Assembly (NCBI GenBank): GCA_003695505.1
Contig: RFIY01000119.1
Location: 1-53,087, forward strand
DNA: 53,087 nt
Direction: 5' to 3'
Source: Candidatus Dadabacteria bacterium
Lineage (GTDB): Bacteria > J088
How positions within the stretch are numbered: position 1 is the stretch's first letter; every line of letters begins with the position of its first letter. Position numbers and translations under genes: made by a program. Positions 41,797 to 52,222 of this stretch are shown here, piece after piece. The notes under the pieces were generated by a model. That model made no database searches and was not told where the DNA came from. It was given only the letters and a program-made list of their open reading frames with translations.

Positions 41797-43625
41797 CGCA
41801 GCCCCACTTTGTCGAGCCACGCCTCGATCACTTTCCGCGCAACCGGCGCAGCGGCAGAGCCGCCGTGTCCGCCGTTTTCGACGATCACCGCGACCGCGAT
41901 CCGCGGGTTGTCCACGGGCGCCCAGGCCGCAAACCACGCGTGGTCTCGCAAATGCGTGTCGAGCTCCTGGTCTCGGGTATGTTGCCGAACGACCTGCGCC
42001 GTGCCCGTCTTCCCGGCGACGCGGACCCCACGGATCCGCGCCCAACCGCCCGTCCCGTGCCGTGCCGACACGACGTCTTCGAGTGCCTCGACCACGGGTG
42101 CGTACAGCGACTCGGGATAATCGACGGTTCGCCCGCCAGCAAGCGGCGGCGGGTCAATGACGGCCGGACGTCCCTTGTCCTCAAAATGGTGCCGCACATG
42201 CGCCGCGGGCAACTGACCGTGCGTTGCGAGCGCACCGTAGAACCGCGCGAGTTGCAGGGGCGTGACGAGCAGACTGCCCTGCCCGATTGCCACGTTCAGC
42301 GTGTCGCCCTCTTGCCACGGACCACGGCCGGTACGTTCATGCCAGTCTGGATCCGGCACCAGACCGTGTTTTTCGACATCCAGGTCGAGCCCCGTCGACG
42401 ATCCAAAACCGAACAGCCGCGCATAGGCCGCGATTCGCTCGATCCCGAGACGGCGTCCGACTTCGTAGAAATAGGTATCACAGCTCTCAACCAGTGCGCG
42501 GTGCAAATCGACCTTGCCGTGTCCGCCTGGACGCCAGCAGCGAAACACCCGCCGCCCGAGACGATAGTAGCCCGGACAATAGATCGTCTCGTCCGGACGG
42601 ATAACTTCTTCTTTCAGCGCCGCGAGCGCGATCAATGGCTTGAATGTACTGCCCGGCGGGTACTGGCCGCGCACCGGGCGGTACTCGAGCGGATGGCCGG
42701 GGTCACTGCGCAGCCGTTCCCAGTTTTCATGACTGATGCCACCAATGAACAGATCGGGCCGATACGAGGGACGTGACACGATCGCAAGAATATCCCCACT
42801 GTTCGGCTCGATCGCGACGACGGCGCCGCGCCGCTCACCCAGTGCCGCTTCGGCGGCCTGTTGGACATCGAGATCGATCGTCAACACCAGGTTCCATCCG
42901 GGTCGCGCGGGATCTTCGTGGATGAGTTGCTGAATCCGGCCGCCTGCATCGACCCGAAATGTACGCTTCCCCTTCGTGCCGAACAGCAACGGATCGTATT
43001 GCCGCTCCAGCCCCAGCTTTCCGATGATATCGCCTGGCGCGTACAGATTCAGGTCGGCATACTGCTCCAGTTCGGTGTCGTTGATCTCGCCGAGGTAGCC
43101 AAGCAGATGGGCGGCGAGATCACCCCAGGGGTAACGACGCAGCGGCACCGTTTCAATCCGCAATTCCGGATATTCCCGCCCGTGAGCGGCGACGCGCGCA
43201 AGGTCATCGCGCGCGAGCAGATCCACCAGCGTCTCCGGACGGTAAGGCCGTCGCCGCACGGCGTACTCGAACCGCTCACGCAGATCCCGCGGGACACGCG
43301 TCAGATGGCGCTCGAGAAACTGCCAGGTCGCCGCGCTCGATGTGGCGAGATCGGGATAGAAACGTAGACGATACCCGGGCTGATTACCGACCACCAGCTC
43401 GCCGTTTCGGTCGACGATGAGTCCACGCTCGGGCAACAAGGTCACGGCGCGGCTGCTCTGCGCCAGCGCACGCTGCCGGTAGTCCCGCACATGCAATACC
43501 TGCAGGTCAAAAAAACGCGCCGCAAGCAACAACAGCACGACCAGCGCGGCGATACCTGCCCGGCGCACCCGCTCGGCCTGCTGAAACGCAACGCGCGGGT
43601 CGCTGAAGCCGCCTCCGACCGTCAT
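41793..43625 (-). CDS. mrdA: penicillin-binding protein 2 (elongasome transpeptidase)
   Basis: N-terminal TM, then the transpeptidase motifs STFKP, SCD(T) and KTGTA. Confidence 0.9.
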   Translation of the reverse strand: MTVGGGFSDPRVAFQQAERVRRAGIAALVVLLLLAARFFDLQVLHVRDYRQRALAQSSRAVTLLPERGLIVDRNGELVVGNQPGYRLRFYPDLATSSAATWQFLERHLTRVPRDLRERFEYAVRRRPYRPETLVDLLARDDLARVAAHGREYPELRIETVPLRRYPWGDLAAHLLGYLGEINDTELEQYADLNLYAPGDIIGKLGLERQYDPLLFGTKGKRTFRVDAGGRIQQLIHEDPARPGWNLVLTIDLDVQQAAEAALGERRGAVVAIEPNSGDILAIVSRPSYRPDLFIGGISHENWERLRSDPGHPLEYRPVRGQYPPGSTFKPLIALAALKEEVIRPDETIYCPGYYRLGRRVFRCWRPGGHGKVDLHRALVESCDTYFYEVGRRLGIERIAAYARLFGFGSSTGLDLDVEKHGLVPDPDWHERTGRGPWQEGDTLNVAIGQGSLLVTPLQLARFYGALATHGQLPAAHVRHHFEDKGRPAVIDPPPLAGGRTVDYPESLYAPVVEALEDVVSARHGTGGWARIRGVRVAGKTGTAQVVRQHTRDQELDTHLRDHAWFAAWAPVDNPRIAVAVIVENGGHGGSAAAPVARKVIEAWLDKVGLR

Positions 43626-44113
43626 GCCGGCCAGCGCCTCGACGATTCAGGCACGCGCCCGCGCATCCACGCAGTGACGGCCAGATGCATCAGCAGGCCT
43701 CCAGCCGCGAGCATGACCAGCCGCGGGATGGACAGCGCAGGCGGGGCGGCAATATCGTAGTTGGCCGCAAAGATCGCAATCCAGAAATGCCGCAGCAACT
43801 CGATGACAGGCAAGGACAATGCAGCAAAAAGGGGGCTCACCAGGTTGAAGTCATCGTGCATCAGAGACACGATCATCTCGACCGTGACAAGCAGACTGAG
43901 CGCCGCCAGCACGAGCGTGCGGTCGAGCAACACCTCGATCAGTAACAGCGCCGCCAGGGCGGTCAGCCGCGCCCGCCGGTCCCGCAGGTAGAGCGCCGGC
44001 AGCATCAACAGCGACAGCACATCCCCGGGAATGCGCGCGGCAAACACCCCCTCTGCCGCAACGAGTACCCAGGCCGCCAGGGCCGCGACGAGCCACGGTG
44101 TTGCCCTGCTCAC
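43622..44113 (-). CDS. mreD: rod shape-determining protein MreD
   Basis: Small polytopic membrane protein positioned between mreC and mrdA. The GTG start forms a GTGA overlap with the mreC stop, and the stop overlaps the mrdA start as ATGA. Confidence 0.8.
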   Translation of the reverse strand: MSRATPWLVAALAAWVLVAAEGVFAARIPGDVLSLLMLPALYLRDRRARLTALAALLLIEVLLDRTLVLAALSLLVTVEMIVSLMHDDFNLVSPLFAALSLPVIELLRHFWIAIFAANYDIAAPPALSIPRLVMLAAGGLLMHLAVTAWMRGRVPESSRRWPA

Positions 44114-44952
44114 TGGATCTTCTGCCCGAGGGACTGGAACACGCTGCCGGCGTCGACCGGGATCGTCCTGACCCACCGTGACTGATCGAGTGCCGCGACG
44201 AAGCGGACGTCCGAACGCAAATAGACCTGCTCCGGATCGCGTTCGACGGTCAGCACCGTTGCAACCGGGATCCCGGGCGGATAGGCGGCGTCTCTCCCGG
44301 TTGTCGTCAGCCGGTCGCCGGGCAGCAAAGGCTCATAACGCGGCACGAAATCGAGGCGCCCGTCAGCATGTCCGCTACCGCGCACGATCACCCGAATGCC
44401 ACTGTCCGTGATGGCGTCCACGGCGCTCTCCACGTCGCTGACGAGTAGCACTTCGGCATACGGCCCCGCCTGTCGTGTGATGCGGCCGACCAGCCCCGTC
44501 GCATCGACGACGGCATGCCCAACCACGTTCGCGCCATCAGGCACACGAATCCAGAGCGAACGGTAGCGGTCAGATGGATTCTGATACACGACCTGCCCGA
44601 GGACCCCCTGCCACGGCTCCCAGGGCCAGCCGAGCAATGCCTCGAACTGCTGCCGGTTCTCCAGCTCCCGGCGCAATTCGGCATGCGCAAAGGCCAGGGC
44701 ATCATAACGGCGCTGCAGATCCTCGAGGCGCCGCTGGGCATCGGCATTGGCAAAATAGCGGCGCACGATCTGGCCGCCGCCCTCGGCCGCGCTTTCGATT
44801 CCCTGAGACATGGAAAGAAACATGCGGACGAGCAGGTTGAAGGGCCCGACCGGTGCGATTCGCGCGGGCATGACCAGGTTGAGCACCTGTAACAGCAGCA
44901 GTGCGCCCACGGTACCCACGATGACACGTCGCCAGGATCGGTTACGCCTCAT
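44110..44952 (-). CDS. mreC: rod shape-determining protein MreC
   Basis: N-terminal TM, the coiled coil ENRQ..., then the beta-domain GLVGRITRQAGPYAEVLLVSDVESAVD...G..TTG....YPPGIPVA. Confidence 0.9.
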   Translation of the reverse strand: MRRNRSWRRVIVGTVGALLLLQVLNLVMPARIAPVGPFNLLVRMFLSMSQGIESAAEGGGQIVRRYFANADAQRRLEDLQRRYDALAFAHAELRRELENRQQFEALLGWPWEPWQGVLGQVVYQNPSDRYRSLWIRVPDGANVVGHAVVDATGLVGRITRQAGPYAEVLLVSDVESAVDAITDSGIRVIVRGSGHADGRLDFVPRYEPLLPGDRLTTTGRDAAYPPGIPVATVLTVERDPEQVYLRSDVRFVAALDQSRWVRTIPVDAGSVFQSLGQKIQ

Positions 44953-45030
44953 GACGGATCAGGGCTTTCTGGTTGCAGAACGCAGCCCGACGCCAACGCC
45001 CTGCGTTCCAATGCGCGTACGTCCGGCGCG

Positions 45031-46173
<1,143 letters not shown>

Positions 46174-46217
46174 TCAGTGTTGCTATTACTATACTTGAAA
46201 CCGCCCGCAAACGCGGC

Positions 46218-46263
46218 AAAAACGACGATGCCGGACCATCCTGAACAGGATTGGCCCGGCATC
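46218..46263 (-). terminator. probable rho-independent terminator downstream of the EF-hand gene
   Basis: The plus strand reads GATGCCGG-ACC-ATCCT-GAAC-AGGAT-TGGC-CCGGCATC (46227-46263), a compound hairpin. On the minus strand it is followed by GTCGTTTTTG. Confidence 0.5.
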
Positions 46264-46291
46264 GTGGCTGTATTCGGTTTCGCGGATGCGC

Positions 46292-46681
46292 TCAGTCGTC
46301 GTCCCGGTCACCGCGGCGACGTTTTTCGGGATGTTGCCCTTCTCCCTTTTCGTGCATCATATGGCGCTTGTTTTTCATCTGTTCGTGATGCAGCTTCAGC
46401 TCGGTCTTCGACACCTTGCCGTCGCCATCGTCGTCGATGCGCGCAAACTTCTTGCGCAACATGTCCTCGTGATACGCGATGAACTCATCCGCCGAAATAT
46501 CGCCGCTTCCATCCCTGTCCATTTCGGCAAAGACGCTTTCTGGGTCGTGGTGTCTGCCCTTCGCGTAGGGACACGGCTTTTCGGTATCGTCGCGAAGCTC
46601 ATCCGCACCGGCGCTGGACGCGTCGATCAGCAAACCAGAGCCGATAAACATCGCTGCAAGAAGAAGCAATCTGAACATCAT
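46292..46681 (-). CDS. secreted EF-hand calcium-binding protein (two canonical loops)
   Basis: Signal peptide MMFRLLLLAAMFIGSGLLIDA. EF loops DRDGSGDISADE and DDDGDGKVSKTE. The tail is rich in His, Lys and Arg. Confidence 0.75.
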   Translation of the reverse strand: MMFRLLLLAAMFIGSGLLIDASSAGADELRDDTEKPCPYAKGRHHDPESVFAEMDRDGSGDISADEFIAYHEDMLRKKFARIDDDGDGKVSKTELKLHHEQMKNKRHMMHEKGEGQHPEKRRRGDRDDD

Positions 46682-46784
46682 CGAGGCACTCCCGTTCAAC
46701 AAAAATCGCGATTCCGCGGCACGGATCAGAATGGCCGTCCATCTATCCGTTGCGACCGCCGCGCGACGACTCTGGTTCCCGGCA

Positions 46785-47390
46785 TCATCGCCGTCGCAAC
46801 GACGGCACAATCGTTCGGATACCGGTCAGCAGCCGTTCGACGACGTCGTCGATCTCCTTGCCCGGCGGCAGGCCATTGGCAATACCAATGCAGACACCGG
46901 CGAGGCCGTGTGTCACGAGATAGGCATCGAGCGAAAGGTCCTCGACGACTTCGGCCGCCATCTGCTGAAGCAGGAAACGTACCAGCATTTCCGCCTGCGC
47001 AAAAAAGCGTGAAACGGCCGGCACATCCGACTGCCCGTGAATCTGTCCGGCGATCAGCCGCAGCAGTTCCGCGTGCGCCGTCACCTCGGTCAGCAGGAAG
47101 CGGAGAAACCTGCGCAAGCCCTCCTCGTCGGGGTCGGCCAGGACCTGCTGCACCTCCTGCTGCAGGTGCCGCATGACTTCGTCGATCTCATGCTCGATGA
47201 CCGCGACAAGGATATCGTCCTTGTTTTCGAAGTATTCATAGATCGATCCGACGGGCACCCCCGCCTCGCGCGCGAGGCGATTCGTACTCAGCCCGCCGTA
47301 GCCATCGCGGGCAATGATCTGAGCGGCCGCTCGGATTATCGCCTGCACACGACGGCGCGAGCGCTGCTGTACGGGCTTTCTTCTCTTCAT
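46785..47390 (-). CDS. TetR/AcrR-family transcriptional regulator
   Basis: HTH RVQAIIRAAAQIIARDGYGGLSTNRLAREAGVPVGSIYEYFENKDDIL. Divergent from the diiron gene. Confidence 0.85.
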   Translation of the reverse strand: MKRRKPVQQRSRRRVQAIIRAAAQIIARDGYGGLSTNRLAREAGVPVGSIYEYFENKDDILVAVIEHEIDEVMRHLQQEVQQVLADPDEEGLRRFLRFLLTEVTAHAELLRLIAGQIHGQSDVPAVSRFFAQAEMLVRFLLQQMAAEVVEDLSLDAYLVTHGLAGVCIGIANGLPPGKEIDDVVERLLTGIRTIVPSLRRR

Positions 47391-47513
47391 ATCAACATGT
47401 TATCAATTCCACGCCAGGACAGACACTGCAATGTGCGCCGCACTTGAATCTGAGCATTTTTCGGTATTAGCATGTACTCAGTTGAAACCAACCCGGATCA
47501 AGGAGCCCAATCT

Positions 47514-48689
47514 ATGCCGGCACGCCAGCCACTGCCCTACAATGCGACGGCCGCGCGCATCAACGAAACCCTGGAGCGCACGGTCAATGCCGCCATCCGC
47601 ACCTGGGACAAAGTCGCCCGCCCGCTGGGGCTGGGCATTCGCATCAGCAATTACGACGACCTCAACTATGCGTTCGAAGGCGGCGTCGGAGACAAACTGC
47701 GCAAGAAACATTACGACAAGAGCCTGCGCCTGCTCTGGAAAGCCGAGCAGCACGCCTCGTTCACGACATTCCGTGACTGCACGCGCGACGAACGGGCGAT
47801 GATGCAGCTTGCCGAACAGGGCATGACGAAACTCGAAAAACGCGAACTCAAGCGCGTTCGCAGCGACGAATATCGCCAGCAGCTCAAGGAACTCTATACA
47901 CCAGAGCAGCGGCAGGCCATCGTCAACATCCTGTCGCTGATCGGCCACGGTGAAGCCTATGCGTGGATCATCTCGAATCAGTTGCTTGGGCAGGTCAAAA
48001 GCACCGGCGGCCGCGCGGCCCTGACGATGCAGGTGCTGGAAGAGGCCAAGCATTTCGTCGTGCTGCGCGAAGTGCTGGAGGCGTTCGACTGCGAAATACC
48101 GCGCATGCAGGCGTGGGAATACATCCTGCTCGAAAACATCGTCCGCGCAAAGGGCCTCGAAAAATTCTTCGGCATGAACGTCGTCGTCGAGGGCGTTGCG
48201 CTGAGTCTGTTCGGGCTGATGGGGCATTCGTTCCCGGGCCTCGAATTCCTGAAGATGTTCCACCTCGACGAATCGCGCCACACCGGCCTGCCGCACAGCT
48301 ATTTCGAAGAATTCCCGATGACCACATGGGAAAAGATCAACCCGGTCGCAATGAACATCCGCATGCTGACCGTCGCGCCGCTGATCCCGCTGATCTTCAA
48401 TGTCGAGAAGGACTTCGCGGTACTCGGCCTCGATGTGTTCGAATTTGCGGGTTCGGTGCTGCGCAAAATCGCCCACCTGACCACGCGCGTCGGGTTCTAC
48501 CTGCCGGTACCGGCACCGATGTTGCTCTGGGAAATCAACCTGATGCTGAACGCCTACAGTTATCTGACCCGCCCTGGTCATAAGTTCCGCAATTTCATGA
48601 CCGCCGAGACGACGAGCGGCGAAGAAATGCTCAAGGTCGAAGCGGAGGCGTTCGCGCTGAAGAACCAGGCGCCCGCAGCCGCGTCCTGA
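47514..48689 (+). CDS. ferritin-like diiron-carboxylate oxygenase/desaturase-family protein
   Basis: Two E-X(26-29)-E-X2-H units: GEAY...EEAKH and VEGV...DESRH. AGGAG lies 8 nt upstream of the ATG at 47514. The antisense 585-aa ORF was rejected. Confidence 0.65.
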   Translation: MPARQPLPYNATAARINETLERTVNAAIRTWDKVARPLGLGIRISNYDDLNYAFEGGVGDKLRKKHYDKSLRLLWKAEQHASFTTFRDCTRDERAMMQLAEQGMTKLEKRELKRVRSDEYRQQLKELYTPEQRQAIVNILSLIGHGEAYAWIISNQLLGQVKSTGGRAALTMQVLEEAKHFVVLREVLEAFDCEIPRMQAWEYILLENIVRAKGLEKFFGMNVVVEGVALSLFGLMGHSFPGLEFLKMFHLDESRHTGLPHSYFEEFPMTTWEKINPVAMNIRMLTVAPLIPLIFNVEKDFAVLGLDVFEFAGSVLRKIAHLTTRVGFYLPVPAPMLLWEINLMLNAYSYLTRPGHKFRNFMTAETTSGEEMLKVEAEAFALKNQAPAAAS

Positions 48690-48759
48690 GCCCCACGTTC
48701 CACCTGTTCCCGCCCGCGGTGTTCGCGCGCCGCGGGCGTTTCTGCGAAGATATGCCGCC

Positions 48760-49515
48760 ATGGACCCGCGATTTCGACTCGATGGGCGCCGCGTCCTGAT
48801 TACCGGCGCCTCGTCCGGCTTTGGTCGGCACTTTGCTGATGTGCTGTCCGCGGCCGGCGCTGAAGTGGTGCTGGCCGCGCGGCGGCGCGAACGGCTCGCG
48901 GACGCTGTACGCGCACTGACCGAACGCGGCGCCACCGCAAAGGCAGTCGCACTCGACGTGACGGACCCGGCCTCGGTCCAGGAAGCGTTTGCGGCTGCGG
49001 GTCCGATCGATGTCCTGATCAACAATGCCGGGATCAGCCGGCCGGGCTCGACGCACACGATGGACGAAGCCGACTGGCAGGCGGTCATCGACACGAATCT
49101 GACCGGCGCCTGGCGCTGCGCGAAGACGGCCATCTCGGCGTGGCTCGAACGGAGCGCACCCGGTGTAATCGTCAATATCGCGTCGATCGTTGGACTGCGG
49201 GTCGCCCGCGAGCTGGGCGCATACGCCGCCAGCAAGGCTGCGGTCGTCCACCTGACCCGTAGTCTTGCGCTCGACTATGGACGTCTCGGGATCCGCACCA
49301 ACGCGATCTGCCCCGGCTATTTTGCCACCGAACTGACCGAAGACTACCTCGCCTCACCCGCCGGACAAAAGCAAATGCAGCGGGTCCCGCTCGGCCGCCA
49401 GGGGCGGCTCGAAGAACTGGACGGGGCGCTGTTGCTGCTCGCGTCCGAAATGTCGAGCTACATGAACGGCAGCATCATCGCCGTCGACGGCGGCCACCTC
49501 TGTTCAGGACTCTGA
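48760..49515 (+). CDS. short-chain dehydrogenase/reductase (SDR)
   Basis: ITGASSGFG, NNAG, S...YAASKAAV catalytic tetrad context. Confidence 0.9.
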   Translation: MDPRFRLDGRRVLITGASSGFGRHFADVLSAAGAEVVLAARRRERLADAVRALTERGATAKAVALDVTDPASVQEAFAAAGPIDVLINNAGISRPGSTHTMDEADWQAVIDTNLTGAWRCAKTAISAWLERSAPGVIVNIASIVGLRVARELGAYAASKAAVVHLTRSLALDYGRLGIRTNAICPGYFATELTEDYLASPAGQKQMQRVPLGRQGRLEELDGALLLLASEMSSYMNGSIIAVDGGHLCSGL

Positions 49516-50370
49516 GTACCCCACCAGCTCGCGAATGCGGCGAATCTCGTGCGCCCAGCGATCGGAATCGGGCGTCTCGAGAATCATCGGCAGCGACCGA
49601 AACGCCGGGTGGCCGGCTACCAGACCAAACGGTGCTTCGCCGATCTCGCCGTCACCGATCGGCGCGTGGCGATCGACCCGGCTGCCCAGTGGTTTGCGAC
49701 TGTCGTTGAGATGCCACGCACGTAGCCAGTCAAGCCCCACTTCTGCATCGAATGCCGCAACGAAAGATTCGAGATCGGCCGCCGTGCGCAGATCGAATCC
49801 GGCGGCGAACAGGTGACAGGTATCCAGGCAGACGCCAATCCGTTCTGAATCGGTGACACGGCGCACGATCCAGCCCAGATCGGCCAGCTCGTTGCCAACG
49901 CTGCTGCCCTGCCCGGCCGTGTTTTCGACGAGCACGGCAACGCGTTCGGACCGTTCCAGCACCCAGTCGATTCCTTCGACGATATGATCAAGACACGCCT
50001 GTCGCTCGATCTCCCCTTTGGTGCTGCCGGGATGAATATTGATCTGCACCAGACCGAGCTGCTGACAGCGGGTCACTTCATCGAGCAACGCCGTACGCGA
50101 GCGCTCGCGTTGCGCCGGATCGGGCGACCCCAGATTGAGCAGGTAGCTTGCGTGGGGCACGATATCGCCGGGGGAAAACCTGTGCTGCTCCAGCGCATCC
50201 CGAAACGCATCGACCTCTTCGGATGCCAGTGGCGGCGCCTGCCACTGGCGCTGGTTCTTGACGAACAAACCAAACGCCGTCGCGCCGAGTTCGGCGGCAC
50301 GTCCCGGCGCGTTGGATACGCCCCCGGCCGCACTGACGTGCGGTCCGATCCGCAGCCCGTCGCCACGCAC
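49504..50370 (-). CDS. nfo: deoxyribonuclease IV (endonuclease IV)
   Basis: IGPHVS, HASYLLNL, NIHPGS, ENTAGQG, VCLDTCH, HLNDS. A GTG start at 50370 is inferred from the conserved N-terminus, 4 nt after the upstream stop. Confidence 0.85.
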   Translation of the reverse strand: MRGDGLRIGPHVSAAGGVSNAPGRAAELGATAFGLFVKNQRQWQAPPLASEEVDAFRDALEQHRFSPGDIVPHASYLLNLGSPDPAQRERSRTALLDEVTRCQQLGLVQINIHPGSTKGEIERQACLDHIVEGIDWVLERSERVAVLVENTAGQGSSVGNELADLGWIVRRVTDSERIGVCLDTCHLFAAGFDLRTAADLESFVAAFDAEVGLDWLRAWHLNDSRKPLGSRVDRHAPIGDGEIGEAPFGLVAGHPAFRSLPMILETPDSDRWAHEIRRIRELVGYSES

Positions 50371-50374
50371 GGCG

Positions 50375-52096
50375 TCAGTCGATGAATCCGGACAGCGCTT
50401 CGCGGTAATGGACGCCAAGCGCGTTGATGATCTTGTTGAGTGAAAAGTGGTCGGCCGGGGCGATGTCCGCCAGCTCGTGTGGCGCAACCGGCGACTTCGA
50501 CAGGTCAAGCCACAGCAACCCGTGCAGCGTCGGATCCTGCAGTGCGAGATACGGGAATGGCGTGCGGAAGCGATAGTCCCCCGAAAACACCCCGTCCGCG
50601 GCGATGCGCAAATCTTCGATCCGCGCGGGATTCAGATCGACGGCGGTGCCGAACGTGATCACCGTCGGAAAGTGCGCGCTGTCTTCACCGGCAATCCACG
50701 GTTCGGCCGTCGTCGTGACTTCGCTTTCGCCTTCGATCAGAAACACGTCGGGCGTGGTCGGATCGCCGTCATCGTCGTACCAGTACGGCAACAGATCGCG
50801 AATCGGCACCGGATCCGTGAAATAGGCCGTCAGATCGAATTCGGCGACTTCGGGCACCGGTTCGAAATCTAGATCGAGGACCGCCTGAATCTGGTTGAAT
50901 TGCCCGATCGTCACGCGCTCGTGCGCGACGTCCGGTTGCTCGACGGCCTCGAGCGCGTTGCCGACGTTCTGCAGCATCTCGTGGACGAGGCGCATCGCTT
51001 CCCGCACGTCCCCCGCATCCTCCGGGATCCGATACTCGATGCCGGACGACAGATCACCCACCACGAACTGCCCCGACACGTCGGCCGCGCGCAGCCCGAG
51101 CAGTAACCCGTCGCCGACGCTGAGCTGCTGATCATGGTCGTAGTCGATGATCGCAACCACGTTGTCGCTGACATCGTCGCTGGCGTTGCGGGCAATCAAC
51201 GCCGGAACCAGCCCGGTCTCGTCGCCGGAAGGCGCGCGATAGAAGAGCGTTCTCGCCGCCGCCTCGAGATCGTCGTCAACCGCAGTCAGCCGCGTCTTGT
51301 TGCGTGCGCCGAAAAAGGCAGGGTCGACGTCAAACAGCACGCCCAGGGAGCGGGCAACGCTGATCCAGGTCTGCCGCTCCGTCTCATCGATCGCGCCGGC
51401 GGCCAGATCGTCCTGACTGTCAGCGAACGCGCCAAAAGTATCCATGATGTTTTCAAAAGCGTCCGCCACGTCGTCATTGAACGCGAAACGATGCGCGAGT
51501 ACGAAATCGAACAGCGCCTGTCCGCCCTCGATCCCCGCCAGCAGCATGCGTTCGAAACCTTCATCGAATTCGTATCCGATGCGAAGCCGCGCATCGATGA
51601 AGGAAAGGCCACCGGCGTCATCCGGCACCGGCACCGTCAGATTGATCGGCAGACCCGCCGGCACGTTCAGAGAACAGCCGCCGGCGATCGCCCGCTCCGC
51701 AGGTGTCCGGATGGCGGCAAACAGATCCTCGAACGGACCGAGAAACCCGTCGAGAAAACTGTCGACATCGAACCCGCCGGCCTGAGCCGGCGCAAACGAT
51801 CCGCTGCCAAGTTTCGCCACATTCATGACATCATCAACCTGCTCGATCAGCTCAAGCAGACTCGCCAGAGACAGGCCGATCGACGCCTCGCATTCGAGCT
51901 GCGGCTCCGCGTCGGCCAGCGCCCGGAATTGTTCCTTTGCCGTACGGAAGTTTCCATCGGAAAGTGACGCGGTCGCCTGATCGAACAGCTCCTGCGCCTG
52001 CCGGTCGAGTTTGTTCTGTTGCGTCGTCGCGTCCGGAAGACAGGCTGCCAGTGTGATAAACAGCCCGCACAACAAACCTTGCCTGAATCCGACCAT
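50375..52096 (-). CDS. large lipoprotein of unknown function (573 aa)
   Basis: MVGFRQGLLCGLFITLAAC has the canonical lipobox LAAC. The body is acidic and mixed alpha/beta with no recognised domain. Confidence 0.55.
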   Translation of the reverse strand: MVGFRQGLLCGLFITLAACLPDATTQQNKLDRQAQELFDQATASLSDGNFRTAKEQFRALADAEPQLECEASIGLSLASLLELIEQVDDVMNVAKLGSGSFAPAQAGGFDVDSFLDGFLGPFEDLFAAIRTPAERAIAGGCSLNVPAGLPINLTVPVPDDAGGLSFIDARLRIGYEFDEGFERMLLAGIEGGQALFDFVLAHRFAFNDDVADAFENIMDTFGAFADSQDDLAAGAIDETERQTWISVARSLGVLFDVDPAFFGARNKTRLTAVDDDLEAAARTLFYRAPSGDETGLVPALIARNASDDVSDNVVAIIDYDHDQQLSVGDGLLLGLRAADVSGQFVVGDLSSGIEYRIPEDAGDVREAMRLVHEMLQNVGNALEAVEQPDVAHERVTIGQFNQIQAVLDLDFEPVPEVAEFDLTAYFTDPVPIRDLLPYWYDDDGDPTTPDVFLIEGESEVTTTAEPWIAGEDSAHFPTVITFGTAVDLNPARIEDLRIAADGVFSGDYRFRTPFPYLALQDPTLHGLLWLDLSKSPVAPHELADIAPADHFSLNKIINALGVHYREALSGFID

Positions 52097-52222
52097 GGAG
52101 ACCTCCCACGAATCACCGAGCGTCTGATCGCCCACTCAACATGATAAAGCAGTGCCCGACACAATACAAGTACAAACATCGTTTACTGGACAATCGCCCC
52201 CGGCGCGGGTATACCAAAGGCC

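Noticed and set aside
47478-49235. 585-aa minus-strand ORF.
   Set aside because: It is antisense to the diiron gene (ExxH motifs, SD-supported start) and the SDR gene (TGxxxGxG, YxxxK).
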